Source of the DNA: the human T2T-CHM13v2.0 reference genome, Homo sapiens
Assembly: GCF_009914755.1 (NCBI RefSeq)
Contig: NC_060942.1
Direction: 5' to 3' (one strand)
Length of the DNA stretch: 64,000 nt
Shown one piece after another: positions 13,609 to 29,746 of the stretch. The notes beneath the pieces were generated by a model that searched no databases, was not told the DNA's origin, and saw only the letters and a list, made by a program, of their open reading frames with translations. The position numbers were made by a program, and so were the translations under genes. Each line of letters begins with the position of its first letter. The first letter of the stretch is position 1.

Positions 13609-15013
13609 TCACTTGAGAACATATATGCAAAAACACAAAAATGCATAACTTATATGTATATACATACAAGTCAGCCTAACAATATGTTTTTTAAAGCCAT
13701 GAACATGTAATGTTTATCATAAAATGCAGAGGTTTAAAAATAGGAAATTTATTTGTTATAGCATGAACAAATAAGACAAAACAGTATAAATTCGATCAAT
13801 GAACAAAAGTTGATAATATTAAGCATACAGAAAATATTTTAACAAACCAGTATTATAGAGTAACTTACTTCACTTAAAAAAATTATCTTCCACAAATCTA
13901 TAGCAAACATCATACTGGATTATGAAACATGATTTTCTGTAAAATCAGAATTAAATATAAGAATGCCTGCTACAATCACTCTATATTCTGTTCTTCAGGT
14001 CCTAGGAAATTGATTGAAGCAAGCATAAACAGATAAGCACAATTTTTATTAATTGAAGATGGCATAGTTTTCTAAATAAGAAATTCAACAGAAACTAAAG
14101 ACAAACTGAATTCATTAGAGAGCTTAGCCAAATTGCTGGATTCATGGTGGATACTTTAAAAATCCATGAATGAATTGAAAAGTTTGAATTCAAAAGTTTA
14201 ATGAATTCAAAAGTTTAATTTTAAGAATAATGCTGCTGTTCAATACATTACTACAGTTCCAGTCTGTCATTTTCCCCTTCCAGCACTGGGGAGACTGAGC
14301 AGTTTGGACTCAGGAAGAATTCCACATAGCACAGCACAGTGGGTGTGGCAGATAGTCACCACACTGCCTCTTTAGACCTAATGGAACCCATCCCTCCTCA
14401 TGGGGCAGGGCCTCCCTGTGGGAATTTCAGCAACTCGCCCCAGAAGGTTAGGGACAGAATTCTTATCTCCCTGGGACAAAGCCCCTGGGGTGAGGAGTGG
14501 CTGTGGTTTCCATGGGTCAACAGAATTAGTCTTTTCCCCTGCTGGCTCTGAGGAATCCGGGCAGTCCAGATAAGTGAGATTCTCACCAGCACAGCACACC
14601 CACTCTGCCAATGGGCAGCCAGAGTCCTTCCTTAAGTGGGTCCCTGATCTCATGCCTCCTGATGGGGTGAGATTCCCCCAACAGGAGTCGCCAGACACCT
14701 TACATGGGAGCATTCTGGCTGGCATCAGGTCAGTGCCCCTCTGGGATGGAGCTCCCACAGGAACGAGGAGGCAGACATCTTTGATTTTCTGCAGCCTCCA
14801 TACCTCCAGCAGCAGGAGAAACCCAGGAGAAGAGGGTCTGGAGTGGACCCCTGGCAAACCACAACAACCCTACAGAAGAGGGTCTTAACTGTAAAAACAA
14901 AACCAAAAAAAACAGAAAGCAACAACTACAACAACATCAATGAAAAAGTCCCCACAAAAACCCCATCCAAAGGTCAGCAGCCTCAGTGATCAAAGACAGA
15001 TAAACTCAGGAAG

Positions 15014-16050
15014 ATGAGAAAGAATCAATGAAGAAATTATGAAAACTCAAAAAGCCAGAGTGCTTCTCATCTCCTCCAAGTGATTGCAACATCTCTCCAG
15101 CAAGGGCACATAACTGGGCTGAGGTTGAGATGGATTAACTGACAGAAGTAGGCATCGGAATGTGTGTAATAACAAACTTTGCTGAGCTAAAGGAGCATGT
15201 TCTATCCCAAGGCAAAGAAGCTGAGAACCATGTTAAAAACATTACAGAAGCTGTTAATCAGAACAACCAGTTTAGACAGGAAAATAATGATCGAGCTGAA
15301 AAATAACATGAGAACTTCACAATGAAACCACAAGTATCAATAGCCAAATAGACCAAGTGGAGGAAAGAATTTTAGAGCTTGAAGACTATCTTGCTGAAAT
15401 AACACAAGCAGACAATATTAGAGAAAAAAGAATGAAAAGGAATGAACAAAATCTCCAAGAACTATGAGGTTATGTAAAAAGACCAAACCTACAACTGATT
15501 GGGGTACCTAAAAGAGCTATGGAGAATGGAACCAAGTTGGAAAACACACTTCAGGATATCATCCAGAAGAACTTCCCCAACCTAGCAAGCCAAGCCAACA
15601 TTCAAATTCAGGAAATCCAGAGAACCCCAATAAGACACTCCATGAGAAGATCAACCCCAAGACACATAATCCTCAGATTCTCCAAGTTTGAAATGAAGCA
15701 AAAAATGTTAAGGGCAGTCAGAGAGAAAAGCTAGGTCACCTACAAAGAAACCCATTAAAATAACAGTGGACCTCTCAGCAGAAATTCTACAAGCCAGAAG
15801 AGATTGGGGGCCAATATTCAACATTCTTAAACAAAAAAATTTCCAATCCAGAATTTCATATTTGCCCAAACTAAGCTACATAAGCAAAGGAGAAATAAAA
15901 TCCTTTTCAGACAAGCAAATGATGAGAGAATTCATCACCACCAGGACTGCCTGGCAAGAGCTCCTGAAGGAAGCACTAAATATGGAAGGGAAAAACTATT
16001 ACCAGCCACTACAAAAACACACTGAAGTACACAGATCAATGACACTATGA
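15014..16050 (+). pseudogene. L1 ORF1p, disrupted
   Basis: ORF fragments ENGTKLENTLQDIIQKNFPNL...TPRHIILRF and DLSAEILQARRDWGPIFNILK. Confidence 0.93.
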
Positions 16051-16095
16051 AGCAACTACATCAAGAGATCTGTGCAATAATCAGGTAGCATCATG

Positions 16096-19000
16096 ATGAC
16101 AGGAACAAATTCACATAATAATATTAACCTTAAAAGTAAATGGGCTACATGTGCCAATAAAAAGACACAGAATGGCAAGCTGGATAGAGACAAGACCCAT
16201 GCATGTCCTGTATTCAAGAGACCTATCTCACGTGCAAAGATACACATAGGCTCAAAATAAAGGGATGGAGGAAAATCTACCAAGCAAATGGAAATCAGGA
16301 AAAAGCAGGAGTTGCAATCTTAGTTTCTGACAAAACAGGCTTTAAACCAACAAGATAAAAAAGACAAAGGCATTACATAATGATAAAGTGTTCAACAAGA
16401 AGAGCTAACTACCCTAAATATATATGAACCCAATAAAGGAGCCCCCAGATTCTTAAAACAGGTTCTTAGAAACCTATGAAAAGACCTACTCTCCCACACA
16501 ATAATGTTGGGAGATTTTAATACCACATTTTCAATATTAGATCATTGAGACAGAAAATTGACAAAGTTAATCAGGACTTGAATTCAGCTCTGGATCAAGT
16601 GGACCTAATAGATATCTACCAAATTCTCAACCCCCCTCCCAAAAGAGAATATACATTCCTCTCGGTGCCACATGGCACTTACTCTAAAATTGATCACATA
16701 ATTAAAAGTCCCAGCAAATGCAAAAGAACTGAAATAATAACAAACAGTCTCTCAGACCACAACGTAATCAAATTAGAACTCAAGATTAAGAAACTCACTC
16801 AAAACCAAACAACTACATGGAAATTGAACAACTTGTTTCTGATTGACTCCTGGATAAATAATGAAATAAGACAGAAATCAAGAAGTTATTTGAAACAATT
16901 GAGAACAAAGAGGCAAGGTACTAGAATCTCTGGGATACAGCTAAAGCAGTGTTAAGAGGGAAATTTATAGCATGAAATGTCCACTTCAAAAATCTAGAAA
17001 GATCTCAAATAGACACCCTAACATCACAACCAAAAGAACTAGAGAACCAAGAGCAAACAAGCCCCAAAGCTAGCAGAAGGCAAGAAATAACCAAGATCAG
17101 ATAGGAACTGAAGGAGATAGAGACATGAAAAACCCTTCAAAAAATCAATGAAACCAGGAGCTTGTTTTTTGAAAAATTTAATAAATTAGATAGACCGGTA
17201 GCTAGACCAATAAAGAAGAAAAGAGAGAAGAATCAAATTGGTACAATTAAAAAAATAAAGGCGATATCACAACTGACCTAACAGAAATACAAACAACCAT
17301 CAGAAAATACTATAAAAACCTCTATGCAAATAAACAAGAAAATCTAGAAGAAACAGATAAATCCCTGGACACATACACCCTCCCAACACTAAACCAGGAA
17401 GAAGTCAAATCCATGAATAGATCAACAACAATCTCTGAAATTGAGGCAGTAATAAACAGCATATCAACCAAAAAAAGCCCAGGACCACATTTGTTTACAG
17501 CCAAGTTCTATCACAGATACAAAGAGGAGATGGTACCATTCCTTCTGAAATTATTCCAAACAATTGAAAGGGAGGGATTTTCTCTAACTCACATTATGAG
17601 GCCAGCATCAATCTGATACCAAAACCTGGCAGAGATACAAAAAAAAAAAAAAAATTTCAGGCCAATATCCCTGATGAACATCTATGTGAAAATCCTCAAT
17701 AAAATATTGGCAAACATAATTCAGCAGCACATTAAAAGCAGCACAATCAAGTCAACTTGATCCCTGGAATGCAAGGCTGGTTCAACATACACAAATCAAT
17801 AAACATAATCACATAAACAGAACTAACGACAAAAACCATATGATTATCTCGATAGATGCAGAAAAGGCACTCAATAGAATTCAGAATCCCTTCATGTTAA
17901 AAACTCTCAATAAACTAGGTATCGATGGAACATATCTCAAAATCATAAGAGCCATATATGACAAACTCACAACCAATATCATACTGAATGGGCAAAAGCT
18001 GGAAGCATTCCCTTTGAAAACCAGCACAAGACAAGGATGTGCTCTCTCACCACTCCTATTCAATATAGTATTGGAACTTCTGGCCAGGGAAATCAGGCAA
18101 AAGAAGGAAATAAAGGATATTTAAATAGGAAGAGTGGAAGTCAAGTTGTCTCTGTTTGCAGATGACATGATCCTATATCCAGAAAACCCCATTGTCTCAG
18201 CCCAAAAGCTTCTTAAGCTGATAAGCAACTTCAGCAAAGTCTCAGGATACAAAATCTATGTGCAAAAATCACAAATATTTCTATACACCAAAATAGACAA
18301 GGAGAGCCAAATCATGAATGAACTTCCATTCACAATTGCTATAAAGAGAGCTAAATACCTAGGAATGCAGCTAACAAGGAATGTGAAGGACCTCTTCAAT
18401 TAGAACTACAAACCACTGCTCAAGAAAATCAGAGATAACATAAACAAATGGAAAAGCATTTCATGCCAATGAATAGGAAGAAGCAATATCATGAAAATTG
18501 CCATACTGCCCAAAGTAATTTATAGATTAGATGCTATTCCCATTAAACTACCATTGACATTCTTCACAGAACTAAAAAAAGTACTTTAAAATTCATATGG
18601 AATGAAAAAGGAGCTCACATAGCCAAGATAATCCTAAGCAAAAAGAACAAAGCTGGAGACATCACACAACTCGACTTCAAACTACACTACCAGGCTACAG
18701 TAACCAAAACAGCATGATACTGGTACCAAAACAGACACAGACTAATGGAACAGTATAGAGATCTCAGAAATAGGACCACACATCTACAACCATCTGATCT
18801 TTGACAAACCTGACAAAAACAAGCAATGGGGAAAGGATTCCCTGTTTAATAAATGGTGCTGGGAAAACTGGCTAGTCATATGTAGAAAATTCAACCTAGA
18901 CCCATTCCTTACACCTTTTACAAAAATTAACTCAAGATGGATTAAAGACTTAAATGTAAAACTCAAAACCATAAAAATCCTGGAAGAAAATATAGGCAAT

Positions 19001-19850
19001 ACTATTCAGGACATAGGTATGGGAAAAGATGTTATAACAAAAACATCGAAAGCAATTGCAACAAAAGCAAAAATTGACAAATGAGACCTAATTAAGGAGC
19101 TTCTGCACAGCACAAGAAACTGTCATCAGAGTGAACAGGCAACCTACAGAATGGGAGGAAATTTTTGCAATCTACCCATCTGACAAGGTCTAATATCCAG
19201 AATCTACAAGGAACTTAAACAAATTTACAAGAAAAGTGGGCAAAAAATATGAACAGACACTTTTCAAAAGAAGCAATTTGTGCAGCCAGCAAACATATGA
19301 AAAAGAGCTCAACATCATTGATCATTAGAGAAATGCAAATTAAAGCCACAATGAGATACCATCTCACACCTGTAAGAATGGTGCTTTTTAAAAAGTTAAA
19401 AAACAACAGATGCTGGTGAGGCTGTGGAGAAATAAGAATGATTTCACACTGTTGGTGGGACTATATATTAGTTCAACCATTATGAAGACAGTGTGGTGAT
19501 TCCTGAAGGGCCTAGAACCAGAAATACCATTTGACCTAACAATCCCATTACTAGGTATATACCCAAATGATTATAAATTATTCTACTATGAAGATATATA
19601 CACCCATATGTTCATTGCAGCACTATTCACAAAAGTGAAGACATGGAGTCAACCCACATGCCCAACAGTGATAGACTGGATAAAGGAAATGTGGTACATA
19701 TCCACCGTGGAATACTATGCAGCCATAAAAAGGAATAAGATCACGTCATTTGCAGGGATCTGGATGGAGCTGGAAGCCATTATTCTCAGCAAACTAATGC
19801 AGGAACAGAAAACCAAACACCACATGTTCTTCCTTATAAGTGGGAGTTGA
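16096..19850 (+). pseudogene. L1 ORF2p (endonuclease/RT), disrupted by many stops and frameshifts
   Basis: EN motifs HGTYSKIDH and SDH; RT motifs [30 protein letters not shown]; C-terminal IILSKLMQEQKTKHHMF. Confidence 0.95.
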
Positions 19851-20343
19851 ATGATGAGAACACACAGATACAAGGAGGGGAACAACTTACACTGGGGCCT
19901 GTCAGCAGTGAGTGCAGCGTGATGAAGAGCATCAGGAAAAATAGCTAATGCATACTGGGCTTAATACCTAGGTGATGGGTTGACAGGTGCAGCAAACCAC
20001 CATGGCACACGTTTACCTATGTAACAAAGCTGCATATCCTGCACATGTATCCCAGAAAATAAAAAACAAAAAAATGCTATTACAATAACAAAAGCCATCT
20101 GTGATTCCTATAAATAAATGTATAATAAGCTGCAAGAATTTTATACAGAAATTATAAGCAGTACAATGAATTCAGAAGTTTAATTTTAAGATAATTGTTA
20201 TTACAATAATAAAAACTATGATAGCTATAAATAAATTTATAATAATTATATAGGAATTTTATACAGAAATTATAAGCAGTACTAAAGGATGTAATGGAAT
20301 CTTTAAATAAATGTAGTATATCCATGAATGGAATACTCTATAT

Positions 20344-20945
<602 letters not shown>

Positions 20946-21184
20946 GTCTCTCCATATCATGAAGATGGCAGGCAATGCTGTACAAATCAATTTGTAAATA
21001 TGATATGAATCTGCATTGCCTGGATTTATAGTTCAGCTTCCCTAGTACCAGGTTAACAATCTCTGTGGCCTTGGGGATATGAGATATTACTATTATTGCT
21101 ATAAAGATTTTGTAAGTTAATATTGGAAAATATTTTGGACCTAGAACAATACTTGAGATAGAGTAGTAACAATACAGTGTTTTA

Positions 21185-23289
<2,105 letters not shown>

Positions 23290-24914
23290 AAGTAAATTCA
23301 TACTTGATCAATTATTTATAGATTTCTAAAACTAATTATCCATACTATAAGTGAAAATTGCATATGACATATTGTACAAATTTTTTTACAGCTATGGAAC
23401 ACACATGCATATATACACTCAAAACAGAGACAGACGACCAGACTTCTCACATTGATGGTGTCACTCAAGTAAGAAAAAGGGTAATTTTTTTTCATGCTTC
23501 CAGATTTTTTGTGATTTTTTTCATTTTTAAGTTAATATAAATAACATGCTATTGCATCCTTTCATAATCATTCAAAGATGATAGTCCCAAAAATACTTCA
23601 GAAAGCATATTTTTGAATTAGTTTTATAACCAATATCCTTCCTTTAGTATCTTTATAGCTGCCTTTCCAAATGCCTTTGTAACTGCCATTTCAGAGCGTG
23701 CAAATCTTTTTTTAAATACTTCTTAAATAGTATTACTTCAGGTCGAAATACTTCTCATCAAATAATTTATTTACTCACTTAAAACCCAGGATTTAATGAG
23801 CAGAACAGATTATGGAATTACAGGATACCTCTTTTGTGGTTTAAGTTCTGATAAAGAAGTGATTCTGTTAGTGTCATTGATTGATGGTTGTGTTGATGAG
23901 TATGTGGTGGGAGGAGAAGAACACGAGAGGTGAGAGAGAGGAAAAAAAGAGAGAAATCTTGGTCAATATTATATATATCTTAGACATTTTAGTGCTATTC
24001 ATCCTAGACTTGTTATTTCTGTGATCATGCAAATATACCTGTAAATTATCCTGTGAGAGCCTGGAAGAAGTTGACTTGGCCCAGAAAAGGTGCGTAAAGA
24101 AGGACACTGCTGGCATTAGCCTCTGAGTCATTACCATTTTTAGGGGCATCACTTCTCTCAGCTTAGTAACATAGAAGGAAATTAAGTCCTTCAAGATTTT
24201 TTTTCACAGTTATTTTTTCTCAGTTGATAGGAACAATGGAGGATGATTGAAGAGCTAAGACCCAAAGACTTTAATTTTCCAAATTGCCTTAATTTGATCT
24301 AGAAGGAATGCTACATTTTGTTAAATTGTATTACGACAAAGAGAAGCTGGTCACTTCTCAGCATGAATCTGAAAGCAAATAATTTCCACAAAAAAGGACT
24401 GTATTTAACTAGACAAGTAATTACATTGTGGTGCTACTATCTCCCCTGCCTCAGATTAGAAAAGTATTCAATTATCACTCCATTAGATCAAAAAATATTT
24501 TTAGTGATACATTTCAAGTGAAGTAATTTATTCCTAAATAGATTCCAATGAATTTTTGGATTAACCTTCATGAATTTTGCTGATTAAACTCAATGCTTTT
24601 CCTCAAAAATAAAATTTAAACCTGTTTTATATTTGATTAATATTTTCTTCACTATTAATATTTTTCTTAAATTATGCAGTAAATCATATTCAATTTACAG
24701 CATAGGATAATTGAGTTAATTGTACAGTTTAACCAACCTACTATACTAGTGTATTTCTAGACAATTCCATGGTTTAATTTTCATTATTTTACAATGAGCA
24801 ATATATACAAATATATAGTAAAGGTATATGTATACATAACTTAGAATAAAACCATATGGTAGGGTGAACAGAGAGAAAGAGAAAAGCATATATAATTAAG
24901 AAATTAAATGGCTA

Positions 24915-25715
24915 TAAGTTCTTTTTACTACTTCTTTTTCAATTTAGATGACTTCTATATTCATTGCTTGCCTTATTGCCTTGGCTTGAACCTCCAGTAA
25001 AATGCTGAGTAAAAAAAGGAGGAGAGCAGGCATCCTGGACTTTGTACTGATCTCAGAGAAAAAGCATGTAGTCCTTTATCATTAACTACAATGTTAGCTT
25101 TAATTTTTGATACATGCCCTTTATCAGATTGAGAAAGTTTGTTTTTATTCCTAGCGTGCTAGTTTTTATTAGAAATAAGTATTAAATTTTATAAAATGCC
25201 TTTTCTGCATCTAATGAGAAATTACTTCTTTAAAAGTTTTATTTTTAATGAAGAATAACATTTATTGATTTTCAAATGTTAAACAATAACCTTGCACTTC
25301 TAACATACATCCTACTTATTCATGATGTATTGGCATTTTCAGACACTTGTGCTTAGCATTTTTGCATTGAAGTTGATAAGGAATATTGTTCTGTTGTTGT
25401 TTTTTAAATTGTAATGTCTTTGTGCAGTTTTGGTATCAGGTTAATGCTGGCCTCCAGGTAAATCGGAATATATCAGAATATATTTTCACCCCTTCAAATG
25501 TATGTTTGAAAATGTTTTTCTTTCTTAATGTTTCATATGATTCATCTCAGCCTGAAGTTTCTTTGTGGGAGGGTTTTAAAAATTATGAATTCAATTTCAG
25601 AAGTAGATTTTAGGACCATTCAGGTTATTAGGTTTTTTTTTAAATAAGCTTCTTTAGTTTGCATCTTTCATGGAATCTATTTTATCTAAATAGTCACATT
25701 TATTGACCAATCACT
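24915..25715 (-). mobile_element. Old L1M ORF2 fragment
   Basis: ttgccttattgc...acctccagtaaaatg...gccttttctgcatcta...ttttggtatcagg. Confidence 0.75.
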
Positions 25716-25719
25716 TGCT

Positions 25720-25901
25720 AATTCCAGTATCCACCCCTTAAACCTTTTCTAAGGGTTGAAGGCAGCACAGGGAGACAGATTTGAGTTTGGTTTCTCTCTC
25801 CTTGAAAGTAAAATTTCAATATAAAGCTTTTCTTAAAAATTCCAGCGCCATAGTATTGGATTCTAGCGCATCGGGCAGCTAGCACTTTTTGCTCAATAAC
25901 A
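25720..25901 (+). mobile_element. 3' end (R/U5) of an ERV LTR
   Basis: ataaagcttttc...gcgcatcgggcag...tttgctcaataaca terminus. Confidence 0.55.
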
Positions 25902-26217
25902 ACTTTAAATTTCTTTAAATTATCCTGCATTATTGAAACGAAAAGAAGAGTAGAAGTGAGAAGCAAAGGAGAAGAATAAAGATATGGCCCTCCTACAACC
26001 AAACTAAAGGACAAGAATAAAGAATAGTAGAATCTATTAGCCAAACAATTGAATTTTAGGCACTTGACTTAGATACATAAAGATTCCATAACCATATTTT
26101 TTGTTTGCTAGGTAACAACATTTTCTAATCCTGGATAGATATCAAAAACACTCAAGGAGACATTTAAAGATACAGTTTGTTATTTTATTTGCAGATTCTA
26201 ACTTATAGGGGATATTA

Positions 26218-26280
26218 TTAGATTGGTGCATAAACAATTACGGTTTTTGCCGTTACTTTAATGTTTTTGCACCAACCTAA
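26218..26280. mobile_element. MADE1 mariner-derived MITE, internally deleted
   Basis: TTAGATTGGTGCA...TGCACCAACCTAA inverted termini flanked by TA on both sides. Confidence 0.88.
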
Positions 26281-28861
26281 TATAACGGACCCCTATATAT
26301 CTATCACCCACCTTCAACAATGAATAACATTTTGCTAATCTTATTATATCTGCCCTAAATGTTTCTTTTAAAATAATTCTGGAGCATATTAAAGCTAATT
26401 GCAGATATCATCATCTCATTTTTCTGTAGATAGGTTATGTATCTTTATTATTAAGCATATTCTATAAGAGTATTTTTAAAAATAACCACCAAGTTAATAT
26501 CACTGTCAAACAGAAACTTTTTAACTACGTAGAATAGCCTGTCTGTACTAAAGTTTTCTCAACAGACCTTAATGATATACATTTTTAGAATTGGTTTATT
26601 CAGATCAGGATTTGAACATCTCTTGTGTCTTTTATTTAATAACAATTCTTTTTTGCCCTGATATCATTGGATGAGTCCAAAAAGCCACATCATTTATCCT
26701 GTAGATGATGGAACACAGATTTGATTTCACCTAAACTTTTCTGACTGTTGTTGGTTATCTTGTTTCTCTACCCCTTTTAGTTCATATACACTTCTGCTAC
26801 ATTGTTCAAAGTTTAAGATTTTTTTTCTGTCATTAAAATAATTTCTGTCAAGGATACTCAGTCAAAATATAATGTTTAAAGTCACAGGACCCAGTTAACT
26901 TCTATTGGAGGTTATAGTACTTCCTTGATATAGGGTTTAGCGTATCAATTTTAGTTCGCTTTCTATTTATATGGCTTGTGTCTTTTTAACTGAATATTCT
27001 TGGTTTCAAAATCAAAACTATACAAGTAAATGTATTGTTAGAAGTCTCACCTCTGTTTCTATATTCTCTCCCAGTTCCCTCTTTCCTCATATAAGGTAAT
27101 TATGTTTGGTTCAGTCTGGCTTTATTCTTTAATAGTTTCATCTTGAAAATATAAGCATGAGTGTATATAATGCTTATATTGCCAACATCCCTTTTCTAGA
27201 AAAAGTAATTTATTATAAAGATGTTTCTATATCTACTTTTTTTTTTTAGCTTGACAATATTCTCCTTTGGCTTAGTTTTTAAAAAACCTTACCGTGTATC
27301 CAAGAGATACTTAATCTTCTTTATTTTTGTTATCAGATAGATCTACCATATTTTATTCAACTAGTGTCCTAGAGTGGACAAAAGGCCTATTTCTAGTTTC
27401 TCATTATTACTAATATGCCACAATAAAAATAATCTTGTGCATATGTCACTTTAATATTTTGTGGTTTTGCCACAGAATCTTAGGAATAGAACCCTAGAAT
27501 TTATATTTCTGAGACTAACAGTAAATTCTTATCATATATTTAGGATAGAGATTTTTTTTCCAAATTCCCTTTCACAGAAGTTGTATCATTTTGTATTTCC
27601 ACTAGCTATGATGTCAGAATGCCTATTTATTTTACAGATTTACCAATAGAGACTGCAGTTAATTTTTGTATTTTTTATTAATTCAATATATGAGAAATAG
27701 TACTACAGTGTAGTTTAGTCAGCATTTATGTTATTTTGAGCCAGATTGAGTAGTTTTTCATAAGATTAAGAATCATTTGATATTATGTTTCTGTGTACTA
27801 TGTTTTCAGGCTTCTATATAGTAAATAAATTTTAAAACTATTTTTATGTCCAAACTGAATTGATTCCCAAATATATTCATACAATAATATAGAACATATT
27901 AGAGCAATTAGAAGCTATCATATTCTATGAAAGTAATTTTTAGTTTCTATCCCAAACATATTTAGTCATGGTTAAGATTTTAGTTGTAAGAAGAATCTAC
28001 AAGTCCCAGTGGTATTTATTGAGAAACATGGAGAGTAAATGAAAACAGTCAACAGAAATACTTCAAAGACTTTCAATAATTTAAAACGTTTGTTCTTCTA
28101 GCTAAAAGAGTAAGGGAAAAGGCTGAATAACATTTACAAATCAATGAATATAAAGGCACAAGGAAAGATAAGTTATTGAATATGTGTGAACTGCATAATC
28201 AAAAACAAGGATAACTAGACTACCTTAGGCATGAAGCAAAACATTGGCAGGAAATGCAGCAGGAAATATGTATCTTTTCTGAAAGGATGTATTCTGTCCG
28301 AAAATCAATAGAGATATGCCACGGGCTTTTTTTCTGGGGTGGGGCTTCGTTATGTTTTGAAGTTTGGCTTATTGGTCACTTTTGCTGATTGGCTGATGCT
28401 CAGCTGATAAAATTGCTGATGTTCATTGACCTTTATTGTATTCCATGAGGCTCCCTGAATCTAATTCACCTCCCTTTCTGAGGTTGTCATAGGAGTCAGT
28501 ATTATAGTATTATAGTACCACTGAAAAAGAGGGCTATATAAACAGCTAGGAAGAAGTACACCCTCACAATTCTTCCTAACATTAATAAGTCTAGGTGTCC
28601 TATATTCATTCAATCTGTGTTTATATATTGAGCCGCTATTATACACCACAACTGGGATAATTATTGAGAAGAAAATAATTTCAACAATTTTGCTTTATGG
28701 ATATATAAGATTAGATATGCTTTTTAATAAAATATACGTTATGACTTAGCAACACTGAAAGGCAGGTAACATGAAAATATTCTGCCTGAATACATCCAAG
28801 TATAATGAATACATACAAAAAAATTTAAATTCATATCGACCTCAAAGAAAAGTGAGAGATT

Positions 28862-28947
28862 CAAACCACCATGGCATGTGTTTGCCTATGTAACAAACTT
28901 GCATGTCCTGTACATGTATCCCAGAACTTAAATTAAATTTAAAAAAA
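28862..28947 (+). mobile_element. Severely 5'-truncated L1PA 3' end
   Basis: caaaccaccatggca...tatgtaacaaac...catgtatcccagaacttaaa + A tail. Confidence 0.85.
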
Positions 28948-29396
28948 CATAGATAGGAAAGATAGTTCCAAACTATATTAGGGCCATTAAATAAATGCCA
29001 GTTTTCTTAGTTAAAACAAATGGAGGAGAAATACAATATCAGAGGTGTTATGTGGTACTGATGCTTTTACTTACCTGGTTGAGCTGGGGAGAAGGAGACG
29101 AGAGAGGAACCAAGAAGGATAAGGTAGCCTTGAGAACTTTCTAATACCAGCAGTGAGCCTAATAGAAAACAAGTACAAACAGAAACAGATTTTGCATCCC
29201 AATTGTCCACCAATGAGTTATTTTACCTAGGACAAGTTAATTAACTGTAATGAGTTACAGTTTTCTTGTTCATAAAGTAGAATGATGATGATCTCCACCT
29301 CCTAGGGCTCATCTCTTTTAAATACAATTAAATATTTTAGTTTTAAGAAATAGAAGGATTTACACAAAGTAAGCTGTAAAGAAATGTTAAATATTG

Positions 29397-29746
<350 letters not shown>

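Larger units (their letters stand above)
14250..20074 (+). mobile_element. Near-full-length LINE-1 (L1PA11-14-like), partial 5'UTR, inactive
   Basis: GC-richer 5'UTR, ORF1, ORF2, 3'UTR (agcatcaggaaaaatagctaatgc), A tail. Confidence 0.97.

Noticed and set aside
14378-14925. Overlapping ORFs of 64-159 aa as a gene or L1 ORF0
   Set aside because: They lie in the GC-richer 5'UTR of an old L1 where stops are rarer, and show no resemblance to ORF0 or known proteins
15014-19850. Active L1 or domesticated reverse transcriptase
   Set aside because: ORF1 and ORF2 are broken into many short fragments by stops and frameshifts
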